Shown: positions 29,268 through 39,743 of the stretch, in pieces | Numbering within the stretch: position 1 is the first letter of the stretch | Layout of the letters: each line of letters opens with the position of its first letter | Assembly (NCBI GenBank): GCA_052390235.1 | Contig: JBQTHB010000007.1 | Span: forward strand, 77,185-141,184 | DNA from: Deltaproteobacteria bacterium | Lineage (GTDB): Bacteria > Desulfobacterota_D > UBA1144 > Nemesobacterales > CSP1-2 | Direction of reading: 5' to 3' | DNA: 64,000 nucleotides | The notes under the pieces: model-generated | Told to the model about the DNA's origin: nothing | The model's input: the letters and a program-made list of their open reading frames with translations, nothing else | Database searches by the model: none | Program-made: the position numbers and the translations under genes

Positions 29268-30731
29268 ATGAAAGCCCTTTTTATCTCTCCCGAAATGGAG
29301 CCTCTTGCCAAGGTAGGAGGGCTTGGCGATGTAGTCGGAGCGCTTCCCGGGAATCTCAGTAATCGCGGCTGCGATGCGCGAGTGGTTCTCCCGCTCTACA
29401 GGCAGGTCAAAGAGGTCTTAAAAAAACTGCGGCTCGCATCCAAGCCCGTAGCAGATGTAGCCGTTTCTATTGACTCGCTCGTCGTCCGGGGGAGGGTAAA
29501 CGAGGTCAATTTGGACGGTGTAGCGGTATATCTGCTTGAAAACGATGCCCTTTTCGACCGCGACGATATTTATTCCTCGCCGCAGGGGGATTATGCGGAT
29601 AACGATTTGAGGTTCGGATTCCTCTCCCTAGGCGCGCTGGAGATTGCAAAAACGCTCGATTTCAAGCCCGATATCATTCACTGCCACGACTGGCAGACGG
29701 CGCTTGCGCCAATCTCGCTGCGGCGCAGAAAACATCTCAGGGACGATTCCTACTTTAGGGATACAAAAATCGTATTCACGATACATAATCTCGCCTACCA
29801 GGGGCATTTCGGCAGAGAAATTCTGGATAAATTCTCTATTGACCAAAGCTCCTTCACCCCGGAAGAGCTTGAATTCTATGGAAAAGTGAACCTCCTCAAA
29901 GGCGGAATCCTATACTCCGACGCCGTAACCGCCGTGAGTCCCACTTACGCCGAAGAGATAAAAACCCCCGAAGGCGGCTGTGGACTCGACGGAGCGCTGA
30001 GGGGTTTTTCCTCCGCTCATCCCGGTAAATTGGTCGGTATATTAAACGGCATTGACTGCGAATCTTGGAATCCAGAGACCGACAAATCGCTGTGGAATAA
30101 CTACGGGGCGTCGAATATTTCTCTTAAAAACCAAAATAAAGTGCGCTTCCAAGGGGATCAGGGACTCAAAATTGACCCTCTACGCCCCCTAGCGGCAGTT
30201 GTGTCGAGGCTCGTCGAGCAGAAGGGGATTGACCTCATAATTGACGCTCTGCCGGAAATTTTCGCTCTTGGCTGCCAGGTCGTGGTTCTCGGCTCAGGCG
30301 AAGAACGGTTCGAGCGTGCCCTTGAAGATGCAAGCGGCTTTTACAAGGGAAATTTCGTCCGCATTTCGGGATTTAGCGACGAGATGGCGAGGCGCGTTTA
30401 CGCCGCATCCGATATTTTTCTCATGCCCTCGAGATTTGAGCCGTGCGGTCTTGGGCAGATGATAGCGCTCAGGTACGGGAGCGTTCCTGTGGTTAGGCAT
30501 ACGGGCGGTCTTAGGGATACGATACGGGATTACACCGAAAACACTCGGACGGGCAATGGTTTTGTTTTTCGCGAGTTCTCGAAGTCGGATTTTCTAAGTG
30601 CGCTGTCGAGGGCTCTGCGCGTGTTTGGAAAACCGCGGGAGTGGCGGAGGCTTGCGGAGAGCGGGATGAGAGAGGATTTCTCATGGGAGGCATCCTCTAG
30701 GAGTTACATTGGACTCTATCAGAGGGTGTAA
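29268..30731 (+). CDS. glgA: Glycogen synthase
   Basis: KVGGLGDV, HCHDWQT, TIHNLAYQG, MPSRFEPCGLGQ, TGGLRDT. Confidence 0.95.
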   Translation: MKALFISPEMEPLAKVGGLGDVVGALPGNLSNRGCDARVVLPLYRQVKEVLKKLRLASKPVADVAVSIDSLVVRGRVNEVNLDGVAVYLLENDALFDRDDIYSSPQGDYADNDLRFGFLSLGALEIAKTLDFKPDIIHCHDWQTALAPISLRRRKHLRDDSYFRDTKIVFTIHNLAYQGHFGREILDKFSIDQSSFTPEELEFYGKVNLLKGGILYSDAVTAVSPTYAEEIKTPEGGCGLDGALRGFSSAHPGKLVGILNGIDCESWNPETDKSLWNNYGASNISLKNQNKVRFQGDQGLKIDPLRPLAAVVSRLVEQKGIDLIIDALPEIFALGCQVVVLGSGEERFERALEDASGFYKGNFVRISGFSDEMARRVYAASDIFLMPSRFEPCGLGQMIALRYGSVPVVRHTGGLRDTIRDYTENTRTGNGFVFREFSKSDFLSALSRALRVFGKPREWRRLAESGMREDFSWEASSRSYIGLYQRV

Positions 30732-30771
30732 TGTGCGAAGAGGGACAATTTCATAGCCCGCATGGAAAAAT

Positions 30772-31293
30772 CTAGTAGCCTGATGCGTAGTTGACTCTCA
30801 TATATCTGACGACTTCATCCACGAGCCTCAAATGAACTACGGGAAGCCCCCCGCTGATGGCTCCGGCTTTGGAGCTTGCCTCGAACGTAGCCTCTGCCAC
30901 GAGCTTGTTCTCGGCTTTGTCGAAGAACCTCACATGAAGAGCGATGGTCGTCGTTCGCACTGCCTGCTCGTACCACTTGGCGGGGGTAAAATTCACAATT
31001 GTCCCCTGCATGACCAAGACGTTTTGGCTTAGATTCACCGGCGAGCGGCTCACACCGGTAAAGAGTTTCTCGCGCGTGAGTTTATTGGAGATTTCGTTGG
31101 GGAGCCTCCAAAGGGTATCGGGGGGAACGTATCCTAGGGCGGTTTTAAAGTCCCCGATTTCGATGATTATATATTTGCCGAGACCACCCGTAGGCGCAGT
31201 TGTTTGAAATGTTCTCTGGCTTGCGCAGGAGGATGCGGCAACGAGCGCCACGAGCAATATAAACGAGCAACATATCTGATATGACGACTTCAT
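30772..31293 (-). CDS. Hypothetical lipoprotein (DUF4410-like)
   Basis: Lipobox ASSC; AGGAGG RBS; family assignment tentative. Confidence 0.6.
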   Translation of the reverse strand: MKSSYQICCSFILLVALVAASSCASQRTFQTTAPTGGLGKYIIIEIGDFKTALGYVPPDTLWRLPNEISNKLTREKLFTGVSRSPVNLSQNVLVMQGTIVNFTPAKWYEQAVRTTTIALHVRFFDKAENKLVAEATFEASSKAGAISGGLPVVHLRLVDEVVRYMRVNYASGY

Positions 31294-31428
31294 AATTGTA
31301 TCTGCCTCCTGTCGGGAAAACTGTTTAGCGACAATAGAGCTAATTAGATAAAAAACCTATCTGCCACAAATTCCGTAGTATTATTATTATTTGCGTTCCA
31401 TTTTTAACAAAATGGTTAAAATCAGCGT

Positions 31429-32508
31429 TTATAAATACCGGATGACGTTATAGAACGTGTCCCTCTGAGCGGCTTTAAACCCCGCGCTCTGAATCATCTG
31501 CACCAGTTCGTCAATCGAGGCTCGGAGTTTATTCTCGGCGCACCCAAGCACGTTTTCATCGTAGAGTGTGCCGCCGAGGTCATTTGCGCCGAAGTGCAGA
31601 GAGATTGTCCCCATTTTCTTTCCCTGTGTGAACCACGAACCCTGCACATGGGTAAAATTGTCGAGGTAAATTCTGGACAGGGCAAGGACGCGCAGGTATC
31701 TATCTCCGCCGATTTCATTAGGCATTTTCCGCTCAAGAAACGTGTTTTTCGGCTTAAACGTCCACGGGATGAACGCTAAAAACCCCCCGAATTCATCCTG
31801 CAGGCATCTTAATCTCTCGAGATGCTCGATAATGTCCTCGTCCTGTTCGGCATGACCAAACATCATCGTAGCCGTGGATTTGAAACCCATCTCATGGGCT
31901 TCGCGGGTTACTTTCATCCACTCGTCGGCGTCAATTTTAAGCGGGCTTATTTTGGTTCTGACCCTGTTGCTCAGTACCTCAGCCCCGCCGCCGGGGATGG
32001 TTCTAAGCCCCGCGTCCCAAAACATCCGAAGCGCCTCTCTGGTGGATATGCAGGAGTATTTGGCGATGGCGCTGATTTCAGGGGCGGAGAAGGCGTGCAG
32101 GTGCAGAGCCGGAATCTCCTCCCGCGCGCGCTTTACAATCTCAACGTAGTAGTCGAGCGCAATTGCCGGGTTATGCCCGCCCTGGAGGAGAACCGTAGTC
32201 GCCCCGTTATGGTAGGACGCTTTCATCATCTCAATCAATTTATCAACGCTGAGCGTGTAGGCGTCCGAGGCTCCTTCTGGCCTCCAAAATGCGCAGAAAA
32301 GGCACTCGGTGTCGCATACATTCGTGTAATTGGGGTTGGTATCCGCGACGAAGGTTACGACTCCTTCGGGGTTGAGTTCGGACTTGCGAATATCTGCCAA
32401 CGCGCCGAGCCTGAGCAAATCCCCGTGTTTGAGCAGTGAAAGTCCCTCTTCAGGCGCGAGCCTCCGGGCGCTGAGCACTTTATCGTATAGATATTCAACC
32501 GTTGACAT
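31429..32508 (-). CDS. mqnC: Cyclic dehypoxanthinyl futalosine synthase (radical SAM, CofH/MqnC family)
   Basis: NYTNVCDTECLFCAF, LLQGGHNP, PGGGAEVL, TATMMFGH, FIPWTF, QGSW, GANDLGG. Confidence 0.85.
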   Translation of the reverse strand: MSTVEYLYDKVLSARRLAPEEGLSLLKHGDLLRLGALADIRKSELNPEGVVTFVADTNPNYTNVCDTECLFCAFWRPEGASDAYTLSVDKLIEMMKASYHNGATTVLLQGGHNPAIALDYYVEIVKRAREEIPALHLHAFSAPEISAIAKYSCISTREALRMFWDAGLRTIPGGGAEVLSNRVRTKISPLKIDADEWMKVTREAHEMGFKSTATMMFGHAEQDEDIIEHLERLRCLQDEFGGFLAFIPWTFKPKNTFLERKMPNEIGGDRYLRVLALSRIYLDNFTHVQGSWFTQGKKMGTISLHFGANDLGGTLYDENVLGCAENKLRASIDELVQMIQSAGFKAAQRDTFYNVIRYL

Positions 32509-32555
32509 GACTATTTATTCAACCTCATCCGGGAATTAGTGTCAATTTCAGCCGT

Positions 32556-33146
32556 CTATTTGGGAAACTTTCCCTCGAACGCAATGTCGGAGAGATTTTT
32601 TCTGCCTGATGGCAATTCCCTTTCCCTGAGCCTCTCGGGCAGGTCTCCGATTTTCCCTCGCCTTCCAACCGCCGCCATAGCCTGAATCTCGTATCCGTCG
32701 GGAACGTCTAGCGCGCCCCTCGCCCTGTCGTAATCAAATCCCTCCATACCGTGTACGACGAGACCCGCTAGCGAGCCTTGGAGGGCGAAGCTCATCCACG
32801 CCGCCCCTGCGTCGAAGGCGTGGGTTCTCGATGGCTTTCCGTTGTGGTCAAACGTTTTTTTAGCTACGATGGCGACGAGGGCGGCGGCGTTTTTCACCCA
32901 CGCTTTATTGGCATCGGCTAGGAGGTCAAAAAATAAGTCCCAGCTTGCCGTATCTCTCAGGGCGTAGAGAAACCTCCATGGCTGATTATTAAACGCTGAG
33001 GGAGACCACCTTGCCGCCTCGACGAGCGACATTAGCTCATTGGCTGAGATGCTCTCTCCCGACATTGCGCGCTCGGACCATCTGGCGGGGAAGATTTCCG
33101 ACACTTCGTATTCAGGGTTTCTATGTTTGTTGTTAATCTGTGTCAT
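32556..33146 (-). CDS. Nitroreductase family protein
   Basis: RWSERAM, EAARWSPSAFNNQPWRF, HAFDAGAA, HGMEGFD. Confidence 0.9.
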   Translation of the reverse strand: MTQINNKHRNPEYEVSEIFPARWSERAMSGESISANELMSLVEAARWSPSAFNNQPWRFLYALRDTASWDLFFDLLADANKAWVKNAAALVAIVAKKTFDHNGKPSRTHAFDAGAAWMSFALQGSLAGLVVHGMEGFDYDRARGALDVPDGYEIQAMAAVGRRGKIGDLPERLRERELPSGRKNLSDIAFEGKFPK

Positions 33147-33283
33147 ATTGCTGGGTAATTATAATGGGTTTTGGGGGGATTTTGTCAATAATTTTGTATT
33201 CGGGGGAAATTATTGAGCTAAGGCGGATTGGGCGTTGGAATTGCGCTTGAAGTCAGGTTAAAGGAGTGTAGATTATTCACCTG

Positions 33284-34723
33284 ATGCGCAGTCTATGTTG
33301 GATGCTCCCTATGATTGCCGCTATTGCCATCTCCGGCGATATTGCTAAAACATCCCATGCCGAGGCTTGGGAGTGGGAGGCGCGCCAGTGGCTCGGGATA
33401 TATTCAGGCGACGATAAAATTGGATATTCGCAAATCACATACACCGAAAGCAAGGGGGGGAGGGCGCAAATCGAGGAGCGCACTAAGATAAAAATGACCG
33501 TGCTGGGGACTGAGCAAGAGGTAGTGGTTGAATCCTCCTATCAGCTCGATGCGTTCCTGCTCCGCTCGTTCCAGTTCTCGATGCAGGCAAACTCGGTAAA
33601 AATCAAGGCTAAGGGCAGAAGAGAGGGTGATATAATCGCCGCAACCGTCTTATCAGTGTCAGGGCAAAGGGAGATTTCTATTCCAAGCCCGACTCGCTCC
33701 ATTGCCTCGCCTGCCGTTTATAGGTGGCTAAGTCGCCAAACCCCCGCCGCAGGAAAATCCTACAGAGTATCGCTATTCGACCCAAGCGCCGCTCTTACGG
33801 GGGCTAATCTCGCAGGGGCCGAAGCCACCCTAGACGTGTCGGGAGAAGAAGAGATTACAATCCCCGCGGGTACGTTTAAAACCTTCAAAGTGCGCATGAC
33901 CTCTTCGGCCGGGGAGATTTTAACTTGGATTACGGACGACGGGAAAATCGTCAAGCAGACCTCGCCGCCGGGAATTACCGCCATCGCAGAAACCGAGCAA
34001 AAAGCCCTGGGGGATAAGCTGTCGAGCCTCGATATTATCCAAAAAACGGCTATATCCGTGGATGCGCCGCTTAGTAATTCACGGAAATTGAGGTTTCTCA
34101 GAGTCAAAGTGTCGGGACTCGGCTCGGCTCAAGGGTTAAATCTCAGCGATGGCTACAGGCAGCGCTACGAGGACGGGGTTATCGAGGTGCGGGTACAGGG
34201 CGTTAACAAATTAAATTCCTACTCGATTCCCTATTCGGGAGGGGATTTGAGCCACTACCTCAGGGCTTCGGATTTGATTCAAAGCGGCGCTGAGGAGATA
34301 ATAGGGGCGGCGGCGAAAATTCTGCGCGCCGAGCGAGACTCCCTAAAAGCGGCGCGGCGCATTAACAGATGGGTGTATAAGAATTTGAGGAAAACCCCCA
34401 CGGTGAGCTTTCCCAACGCCCTCGACGTCCTCAAAACCCGCGCCGGCGACTGCACCGAACACGCAACCCTCTACGCCGCGCTTGCAAGAGCGGCAGGCGT
34501 GCCTGTGAAAATCGCGCTTGGGGTTGTATTTCTCGATGGGAAATTCTATTATCATGCGTGGAACGAGGTTTTTGTGGGCGAATGGGTAGCCGCCGATCCA
34601 ACGCTGGGGCAGTTTCCCGCCGACGCATCGCATATAAAATTCTTAGAAGGGGATTTTGGCAACGCCTCAGAGCTGTCTAGATTTATAGGAAACATTGAGT
34701 TTGAAATCAAAGAAGCGCGCTAA
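33284..34723 (+). CDS. Exported transglutaminase-like domain protein
   Basis: Signal peptide; GDCTEHA, YHAWNEV, AADPT (Cys-His-Asp triad). Confidence 0.85.
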   Translation: MRSLCWMLPMIAAIAISGDIAKTSHAEAWEWEARQWLGIYSGDDKIGYSQITYTESKGGRAQIEERTKIKMTVLGTEQEVVVESSYQLDAFLLRSFQFSMQANSVKIKAKGRREGDIIAATVLSVSGQREISIPSPTRSIASPAVYRWLSRQTPAAGKSYRVSLFDPSAALTGANLAGAEATLDVSGEEEITIPAGTFKTFKVRMTSSAGEILTWITDDGKIVKQTSPPGITAIAETEQKALGDKLSSLDIIQKTAISVDAPLSNSRKLRFLRVKVSGLGSAQGLNLSDGYRQRYEDGVIEVRVQGVNKLNSYSIPYSGGDLSHYLRASDLIQSGAEEIIGAAAKILRAERDSLKAARRINRWVYKNLRKTPTVSFPNALDVLKTRAGDCTEHATLYAALARAAGVPVKIALGVVFLDGKFYYHAWNEVFVGEWVAADPTLGQFPADASHIKFLEGDFGNASELSRFIGNIEFEIKEAR

Positions 34724-34736
34724 AAGTGAGAAAATA

Positions 34737-36515
34737 ATGAGACCCTCTTCGATACTCCTTGCGGTTTCCCTTTGTTTGATATTATCCTGCGCCGCGAATA
34801 CTGCCCCCCAGACCAACTCAGCGGGTGAATCCCCGCAGACTCTCCAAGCCCCAGCTAACGACGAACCCGAAGTGAGCAAGTACGATGCCTACTACTACTT
34901 CACGCTGTCGAGAATCAATTTTCTGAGGGGGAATTTTAAGGATTCCATCGCATATCTTGAGACCGCCGAGGGGTACGACCCGACATCCGCGTTTCTTAAG
35001 TACAATCTCGCCGTTCTGTACATAAGCGTAAACCGCTTTAAAGAAGCCCTGAAAAAGCTCGAAGACTCCGCCTTTATAAACCCGAATTTCGCGCCCACTC
35101 AAGCGTTTCTCGGCAAGATTTATTCCTCTTCTAAGGACGCTGCGGAAAAGGAAAGGGGGGTCGAGGCGCTTAAAAAAGCCATTGCGCTCAATCCAAACGA
35201 CGCTGAATCCCACCTTTTCCTCGGAATTATCCGCTTGGAGTCGAAGGACTATGATCAGGCTCAAAGGGAATTCGAGCTGTTCAGAGAGATAATCCCAGAA
35301 GACGAGCGGGGGTATTATTTCCTCGGCAGGCTGTATTTTGAGAAATCCGAGCTTGCCAAGTCCGAGGCGTTCTACAAAAGGGCGATTACAATCAACCCAA
35401 GCTACGTTTCGGCGATAATTGACCTAGCGCTGGTCTATGAGAAGCAGGGCAGGCTTGAAGAGGCCGAGAGGATTTATCGGGATTTATTGGCGCTCTTTCC
35501 CCTGAGCTTCGAGGTGTACGTGCGCTACGGGAATTTTCTATTCCGCGTGAACCGCCTTGCTGACGCCGCCACGCAGTTTAAAAAAGCTGAGGAGCTGGAT
35601 TATGAAAACACCGACCTCAAGCTCAGGCTCGGTCTCGTCTATATTGAAAGAAAGCAGTTCGATAAAGCCATCGAGCAGTTCAGCCTCATTCTCCTTGGAA
35701 ATCCCAATGAAGAGCGAGCAAAGTACTACCTCGCGCTGTCGTATATTGAAACTGACAGATACGACGACGCCCTCACTCTAATTGATACAATTTCCCCGCT
35801 GTCCCCATTTTACAACGATTCCCTTCTCCAGAAGGCGTATTTGTTCGAGAAGAAAGGGGAGTCCGACAAGGCGCTTAAAATTGTCGAAGAGACCCTCGCG
35901 CGCAGCCCCAACAACGAGGTCATCTTAAACTACCTCGGCGCGCTTTACCGCAAACTCAATAGAAACTCAGATGCCGTAGCCGCCTATGAAAATTTTCTGG
36001 TAAATAACCCCAGAAGCGAAATTATCAACTACGCCCTAGGTGTTACGCACTTTGTTATGAAGCAGAACGAGAGGTCAATTGCCGCCATGAAACGCGTCAT
36101 TGAGATTAATCCCGACAACCACGACGCCCTTAATTTCATAGGCTACGACTACGCCGAGCGCGGAGTAAACCTAGACGAAGCCGAGTGTCTCGTTACGCGG
36201 GCTATGGAACTGTCCCCCAACAAAGGATACATTACCGATAGCCTCGGATGGGTTTACTATAAAAAAGGGGAATACGATAGAGCCATTGAGCTGTTGAGTA
36301 GAGCGGCCGAACTTACGCCCGACGACCCCACGATAATGGAGCATCTCGCGGACGCCTACAGCGCCAAGGGGGATATACCCAAAGCCCTGGGCTACTACAA
36401 AAAGAGCCTCGAATTCAATGTTGACGACGACGACGAGGCAAAAGAGCTTAAAATTAGGGTTGAAACCAAAATAAAGTCCATTAAACTGAGACCCGATGTC
36501 AAAAGCAAAAACTAG
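34737..36515 (+). CDS. TPR-repeat lipoprotein
   Basis: Lipobox ILSC, many TPR units, ALNFIGY and YITDSLGWVYY. Confidence 0.85.
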   Translation: MRPSSILLAVSLCLILSCAANTAPQTNSAGESPQTLQAPANDEPEVSKYDAYYYFTLSRINFLRGNFKDSIAYLETAEGYDPTSAFLKYNLAVLYISVNRFKEALKKLEDSAFINPNFAPTQAFLGKIYSSSKDAAEKERGVEALKKAIALNPNDAESHLFLGIIRLESKDYDQAQREFELFREIIPEDERGYYFLGRLYFEKSELAKSEAFYKRAITINPSYVSAIIDLALVYEKQGRLEEAERIYRDLLALFPLSFEVYVRYGNFLFRVNRLADAATQFKKAEELDYENTDLKLRLGLVYIERKQFDKAIEQFSLILLGNPNEERAKYYLALSYIETDRYDDALTLIDTISPLSPFYNDSLLQKAYLFEKKGESDKALKIVEETLARSPNNEVILNYLGALYRKLNRNSDAVAAYENFLVNNPRSEIINYALGVTHFVMKQNERSIAAMKRVIEINPDNHDALNFIGYDYAERGVNLDEAECLVTRAMELSPNKGYITDSLGWVYYKKGEYDRAIELLSRAAELTPDDPTIMEHLADAYSAKGDIPKALGYYKKSLEFNVDDDDEAKELKIRVETKIKSIKLRPDVKSKN

Positions 36516-37320
36516 AGCCGTATTTTGCCTCTCACTACTTATTGTTGGCGTTTTTATTTTCGCCTGCGCCAAGAAGCCGCCCGAAGCGGACATCGCAGCG
36601 GGCGTTGACCCAAGGGTTTTATTGGGGGACATCAGGCGGTCTCAGGAGGGCGTTAAATCCGTAAAGGCAGTGGCGTCGGTAACTATAATTTATCCCGACA
36701 TGAAGCTCTCGTTCAGCCAAGTTACCGTAGCCCAGGAGCCTAATCTCGTCTATCTCCAAGCCCTCGCGCCATTTGGCAAAAGTGCTTTGACCCTGATTTC
36801 GGACGGCAGAAAAATTCATCTCATCTCCCCTAAAGAGAGGCGGACATTTGATAGCTCCGATGAATTTGACCTGTCCTCGGTGTATCCGGGATTGCGGGCG
36901 AAACTCTCGGTCGGGAATCTGGTTAATCTGCTCCTAGGGCGCGCTCCATCGGAGGTTGATTGGGACACATCTGAGGTTAAATTGTCTGCGGATTCCAATC
37001 GCTTAATTCTAAGCGTTAGCGGCGGAGCGGGAGGGGGGCAGACCGTATTTTGGGTTGACCCTGCCACGGGGAGAGTGGAGAGAGCTAAAATAATTCCCGC
37101 CGACGGAAGCGCCGAGATGGTGGCAGAATTTAAGGATTTCATAGCAACTTCGGCGGCGCCTCCGGGCAATTTCCCGACAAAAATGGAGCTTACATCAGGG
37201 GATTTTTTTATTTCCCTCTCGTATCCCGCTGACGTTCAGCTCAACGCGCAGATTGACAGAAAGCTCTATGAACCGCCGCCATCAAAAAAGGGCAGAGCTA
37301 AAAAGAAGAGGGTATCTTAG
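36496..37320 (+). CDS. LolB-like/DUF4292-type lipoprotein
   Basis: Lipobox IFAC, LAPFG motif, LLLGRAP; directly after the TPR gene. Confidence 0.55.
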   Translation: MSKAKTRAVFCLSLLIVGVFIFACAKKPPEADIAAGVDPRVLLGDIRRSQEGVKSVKAVASVTIIYPDMKLSFSQVTVAQEPNLVYLQALAPFGKSALTLISDGRKIHLISPKERRTFDSSDEFDLSSVYPGLRAKLSVGNLVNLLLGRAPSEVDWDTSEVKLSADSNRLILSVSGGAGGGQTVFWVDPATGRVERAKIIPADGSAEMVAEFKDFIATSAAPPGNFPTKMELTSGDFFISLSYPADVQLNAQIDRKLYEPPPSKKGRAKKKRVS

Positions 37321-37379
37321 CTCAAAAAAATGTGGGGGGTCAGGAGCGGCGATGCCTAGCCGTTCCTAACTATTGACGA

Positions 37380-37682
37380 TTGGAACTTCGCAGAGTGTTT
37401 AAGATTTGTAATAGACTTGGGCTTCACGCCAGAGCGGCGGCGGTGTTTGTGCGCCTATCGGGCCGCTTCTCGTCCGAAATAATCCTAATCAAAGACTGCT
37501 ACGAAGCCAATGGAAAGAGCATCCTCGGAATCCTATCGCTTGCCGCTATCCATGGAAGCGACCTTGAGGTTATTGCAACCGGCGAGGACGCTGATAGGGC
37601 TATGGGGGAAATTGCAACGCTCATCGAGAGCGGGTTCGGCGAAGGGGTAGTTGACGAGGACGATAGCGCGGGGGAGGGATGA
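37380..37682 (+). CDS. ptsH: Phosphocarrier protein HPr
   Basis: GLHARAA (His15), NGKSILG (Ser46), GFGE. Confidence 0.92.
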   Translation: MELRRVFKICNRLGLHARAAAVFVRLSGRFSSEIILIKDCYEANGKSILGILSLAAIHGSDLEVIATGEDADRAMGEIATLIESGFGEGVVDEDDSAGEG

Positions 37683-37718
37683 CTGATAGATACGAAAATC
37701 GGCTTAAGAGGTAATACA

Positions 37719-38297
37719 ATGGCTAAAACCATATTGTTTATCTTAATCGTGCTGGGGGCTTTCACGGCATTTGATTACTATCGTTCCGCGAGGATTGAGA
37801 AAGTTGACATTGACAGGGAAGAGATATCAAAACTCATTCAAAGCTCCGCCCCTAGGCTGGGGAGCAGAAAAGTAAACGACCTTGCGCGCCTCATTCACGA
37901 GGAGTGCAGTAAGTACGATGATATTGACCCGCTTCTGGTGCTGGCGATAATACAGGTGGAGAGCAATTTCCTCAGCAGGGCGGTATCTCCGAAAGGGGCT
38001 ATAGGGCTGATGCAGGTGATGCCGGAGACGAAGGACTATTTGATTAGAAAATTAGACTTTGACAAGGACGCCTTTGGGTATTCGCTCTTTGACCCGGAGT
38101 TTAACGTGCTGGTCGGGATTAGCTATTTGGGATTGCTCATTGAGCGCTTCGGCGATATTGAGATGTCCCTGATGGCATATAATTATGGGCCCAATCGCAC
38201 GGCTGAGATTATGAAATATAGATCCGATTTCCCCTCTTATGTGCGGCGGGTGCTTGAGGCGAGAGAGCAAATTAGGATTAAGTACCAAAGCCTCTAG
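37719..38297 (+). CDS. SLT-domain lytic transglycosylase
   Basis: AIIQVESNF, GAIGLMQVMP, AYNYGP. Confidence 0.9.
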   Translation: MAKTILFILIVLGAFTAFDYYRSARIEKVDIDREEISKLIQSSAPRLGSRKVNDLARLIHEECSKYDDIDPLLVLAIIQVESNFLSRAVSPKGAIGLMQVMPETKDYLIRKLDFDKDAFGYSLFDPEFNVLVGISYLGLLIERFGDIEMSLMAYNYGPNRTAEIMKYRSDFPSYVRRVLEAREQIRIKYQSL

Positions 38298-38467
38298 CCG
38301 CCGCACCAATCTGCTTTTGAAGTTTCTGCCTGCGGTAGAATTCGCAGGGGGGGCTTTTCTCTGCGCCCCATATGTTTGATTCCTACATACTTGAAAATGT
38401 CAATTTATAGTATATGATAATCATTGCTTACTACCGTTAATTTATACTTTATAGAGGGGATCATAAT

Positions 38468-39034
38468 ATGGAAGAGCTAATGACTCTTGAGGAAGCGGCA
38501 GAATATCTCAAAATTGCTAAGCCCACTCTCTACAGATTGCTCGAGGAAGGCAAAATCCCGGCATTCAAAGTTGGCAATCAGTGGAGGTTTACCAAGGAGC
38601 TGATTAATCAGTGGCTTTGGAATCAGATACCGAAGGGCAAGAGGGTGCTGGTAGTTGACGATGAAGAGATTATCTGTGATTTGATTAAAGAGGTATTGTC
38701 CATTGACGGGCATCAGTGCGTAGCCGTGCAGAGCGGCAAAGAGGCTCTGAGCTGGGTTAAAAGCTCTATATTTGACTTGGTTTTTCTAGACCTTATGATT
38801 CCCGATATGAACGGTGTTGACGTGCTGACCTCCATAAAGCAGATTAAGCCGGAGTTGCCCGTGGTCATGGTAACCGGCTATCCCGACGGCGATATTATGG
38901 ATCAGGCGCTTAGGCTGGGGCCGCTGTCCGTTATAAAGAAGCCTTTCACCGATGAGCAGATACGCAGGGTGCTAAAGATAACCTCAGCGACGGCTCATGG
39001 GACTAAAGAGAAAACTCAGGCAAGATCAATATAA
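38468..39034 (+). CDS. Excisionase-type HTH (HTH_17) fused to a receiver domain
   Basis: MTLEEAAEYLKI..TLYR..IPAFKVGNQWRF then VLVVDDE, FLDLMIPDMNG, TGY, KKPF. Confidence 0.85.
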   Translation: MEELMTLEEAAEYLKIAKPTLYRLLEEGKIPAFKVGNQWRFTKELINQWLWNQIPKGKRVLVVDDEEIICDLIKEVLSIDGHQCVAVQSGKEALSWVKSSIFDLVFLDLMIPDMNGVDVLTSIKQIKPELPVVMVTGYPDGDIMDQALRLGPLSVIKKPFTDEQIRRVLKITSATAHGTKEKTQARSI

Positions 39035-39224
39035 TTTGGATAGAAGTAACTTTGGGAGAGACTTTCTGACTGACTTCTAATACCGCTATTGCTTTTTCTT
39101 GGCTAATACTTTGAATAAAATGACTGCAAATGACTTTGACCGCATGAGCTAGGTGTCCGTGGGAGTATGCCGTATGGATAGGGGTAGGCAGTGTGCGAAG
39201 AGTTTATCTCATTGAGATTATTTC

Positions 39225-39743
39225 TTACTGTCTTGTGATTGCGGTAAGTCCGAGCGCCTCTTCTTCGACTTTGATTCTGCGGCGGAGCAATATCAGATTG
39301 GCTAGGCTAAACACCGAAGCCGTAAAATAGCACGAAAATATAAGCGGCACGACGGCAATCTCGGTTATAACGGCGGCGTAATTGGGATGCCGCAGATATT
39401 TATATGGCCCTGCGGCAACGATTTTATGATTCGGGGATACCAAAACCTTTGTATTCCAATACACCCCAAGGCTCGCAATAGCCCAATAGCGAAGGGGCTG
39501 TGCGGCGGCAAAAATCAAGACCAGCGGAATCCAAAAACGGTTCAGCGCCGTATCGAATACGAGCTTTTCGGCTAGGAGAGAGATGAAGAAGGCGGTGTGC
39601 ATTGCCGCTATTGCTTTATACCCAAAACTATCATACTCTACCGCTCCCTCGCCTATAACAACCCTCTCATTGCGTGAGGCGTAAATAAGCTCGGCAACCC
39701 TCTGAAGTATCAAAAAAAGAAAAAACAGCCAAAAGTAGCTCAT
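39225..39743 (-). CDS. Isoprenylcysteine carboxyl methyltransferase family protein (BpsB/SrsB-like)
   Basis: QRVAEL, LRYWAIASLG.YWNT, GPYKYLRHPNY, RRRIKVEE. Confidence 0.85.
   Translation of the reverse strand: MSYFWLFFLFLILQRVAELIYASRNERVVIGEGAVEYDSFGYKAIAAMHTAFFISLLAEKLVFDTALNRFWIPLVLIFAAAQPLRYWAIASLGVYWNTKVLVSPNHKIVAAGPYKYLRHPNYAAVITEIAVVPLIFSCYFTASVFSLANLILLRRRIKVEEEALGLTAITRQ

Noticed and set aside
31429..32508. CofH (F420 precursor synthase) call
   Set aside because: LLQGG, FIPWTF and QGSW motifs plus menG in the window fit MqnC better; no cofG nearby
38468..39034. Prophage or ICE excisionase
   Set aside because: Fused to a receiver domain, with no integrase or phage genes around
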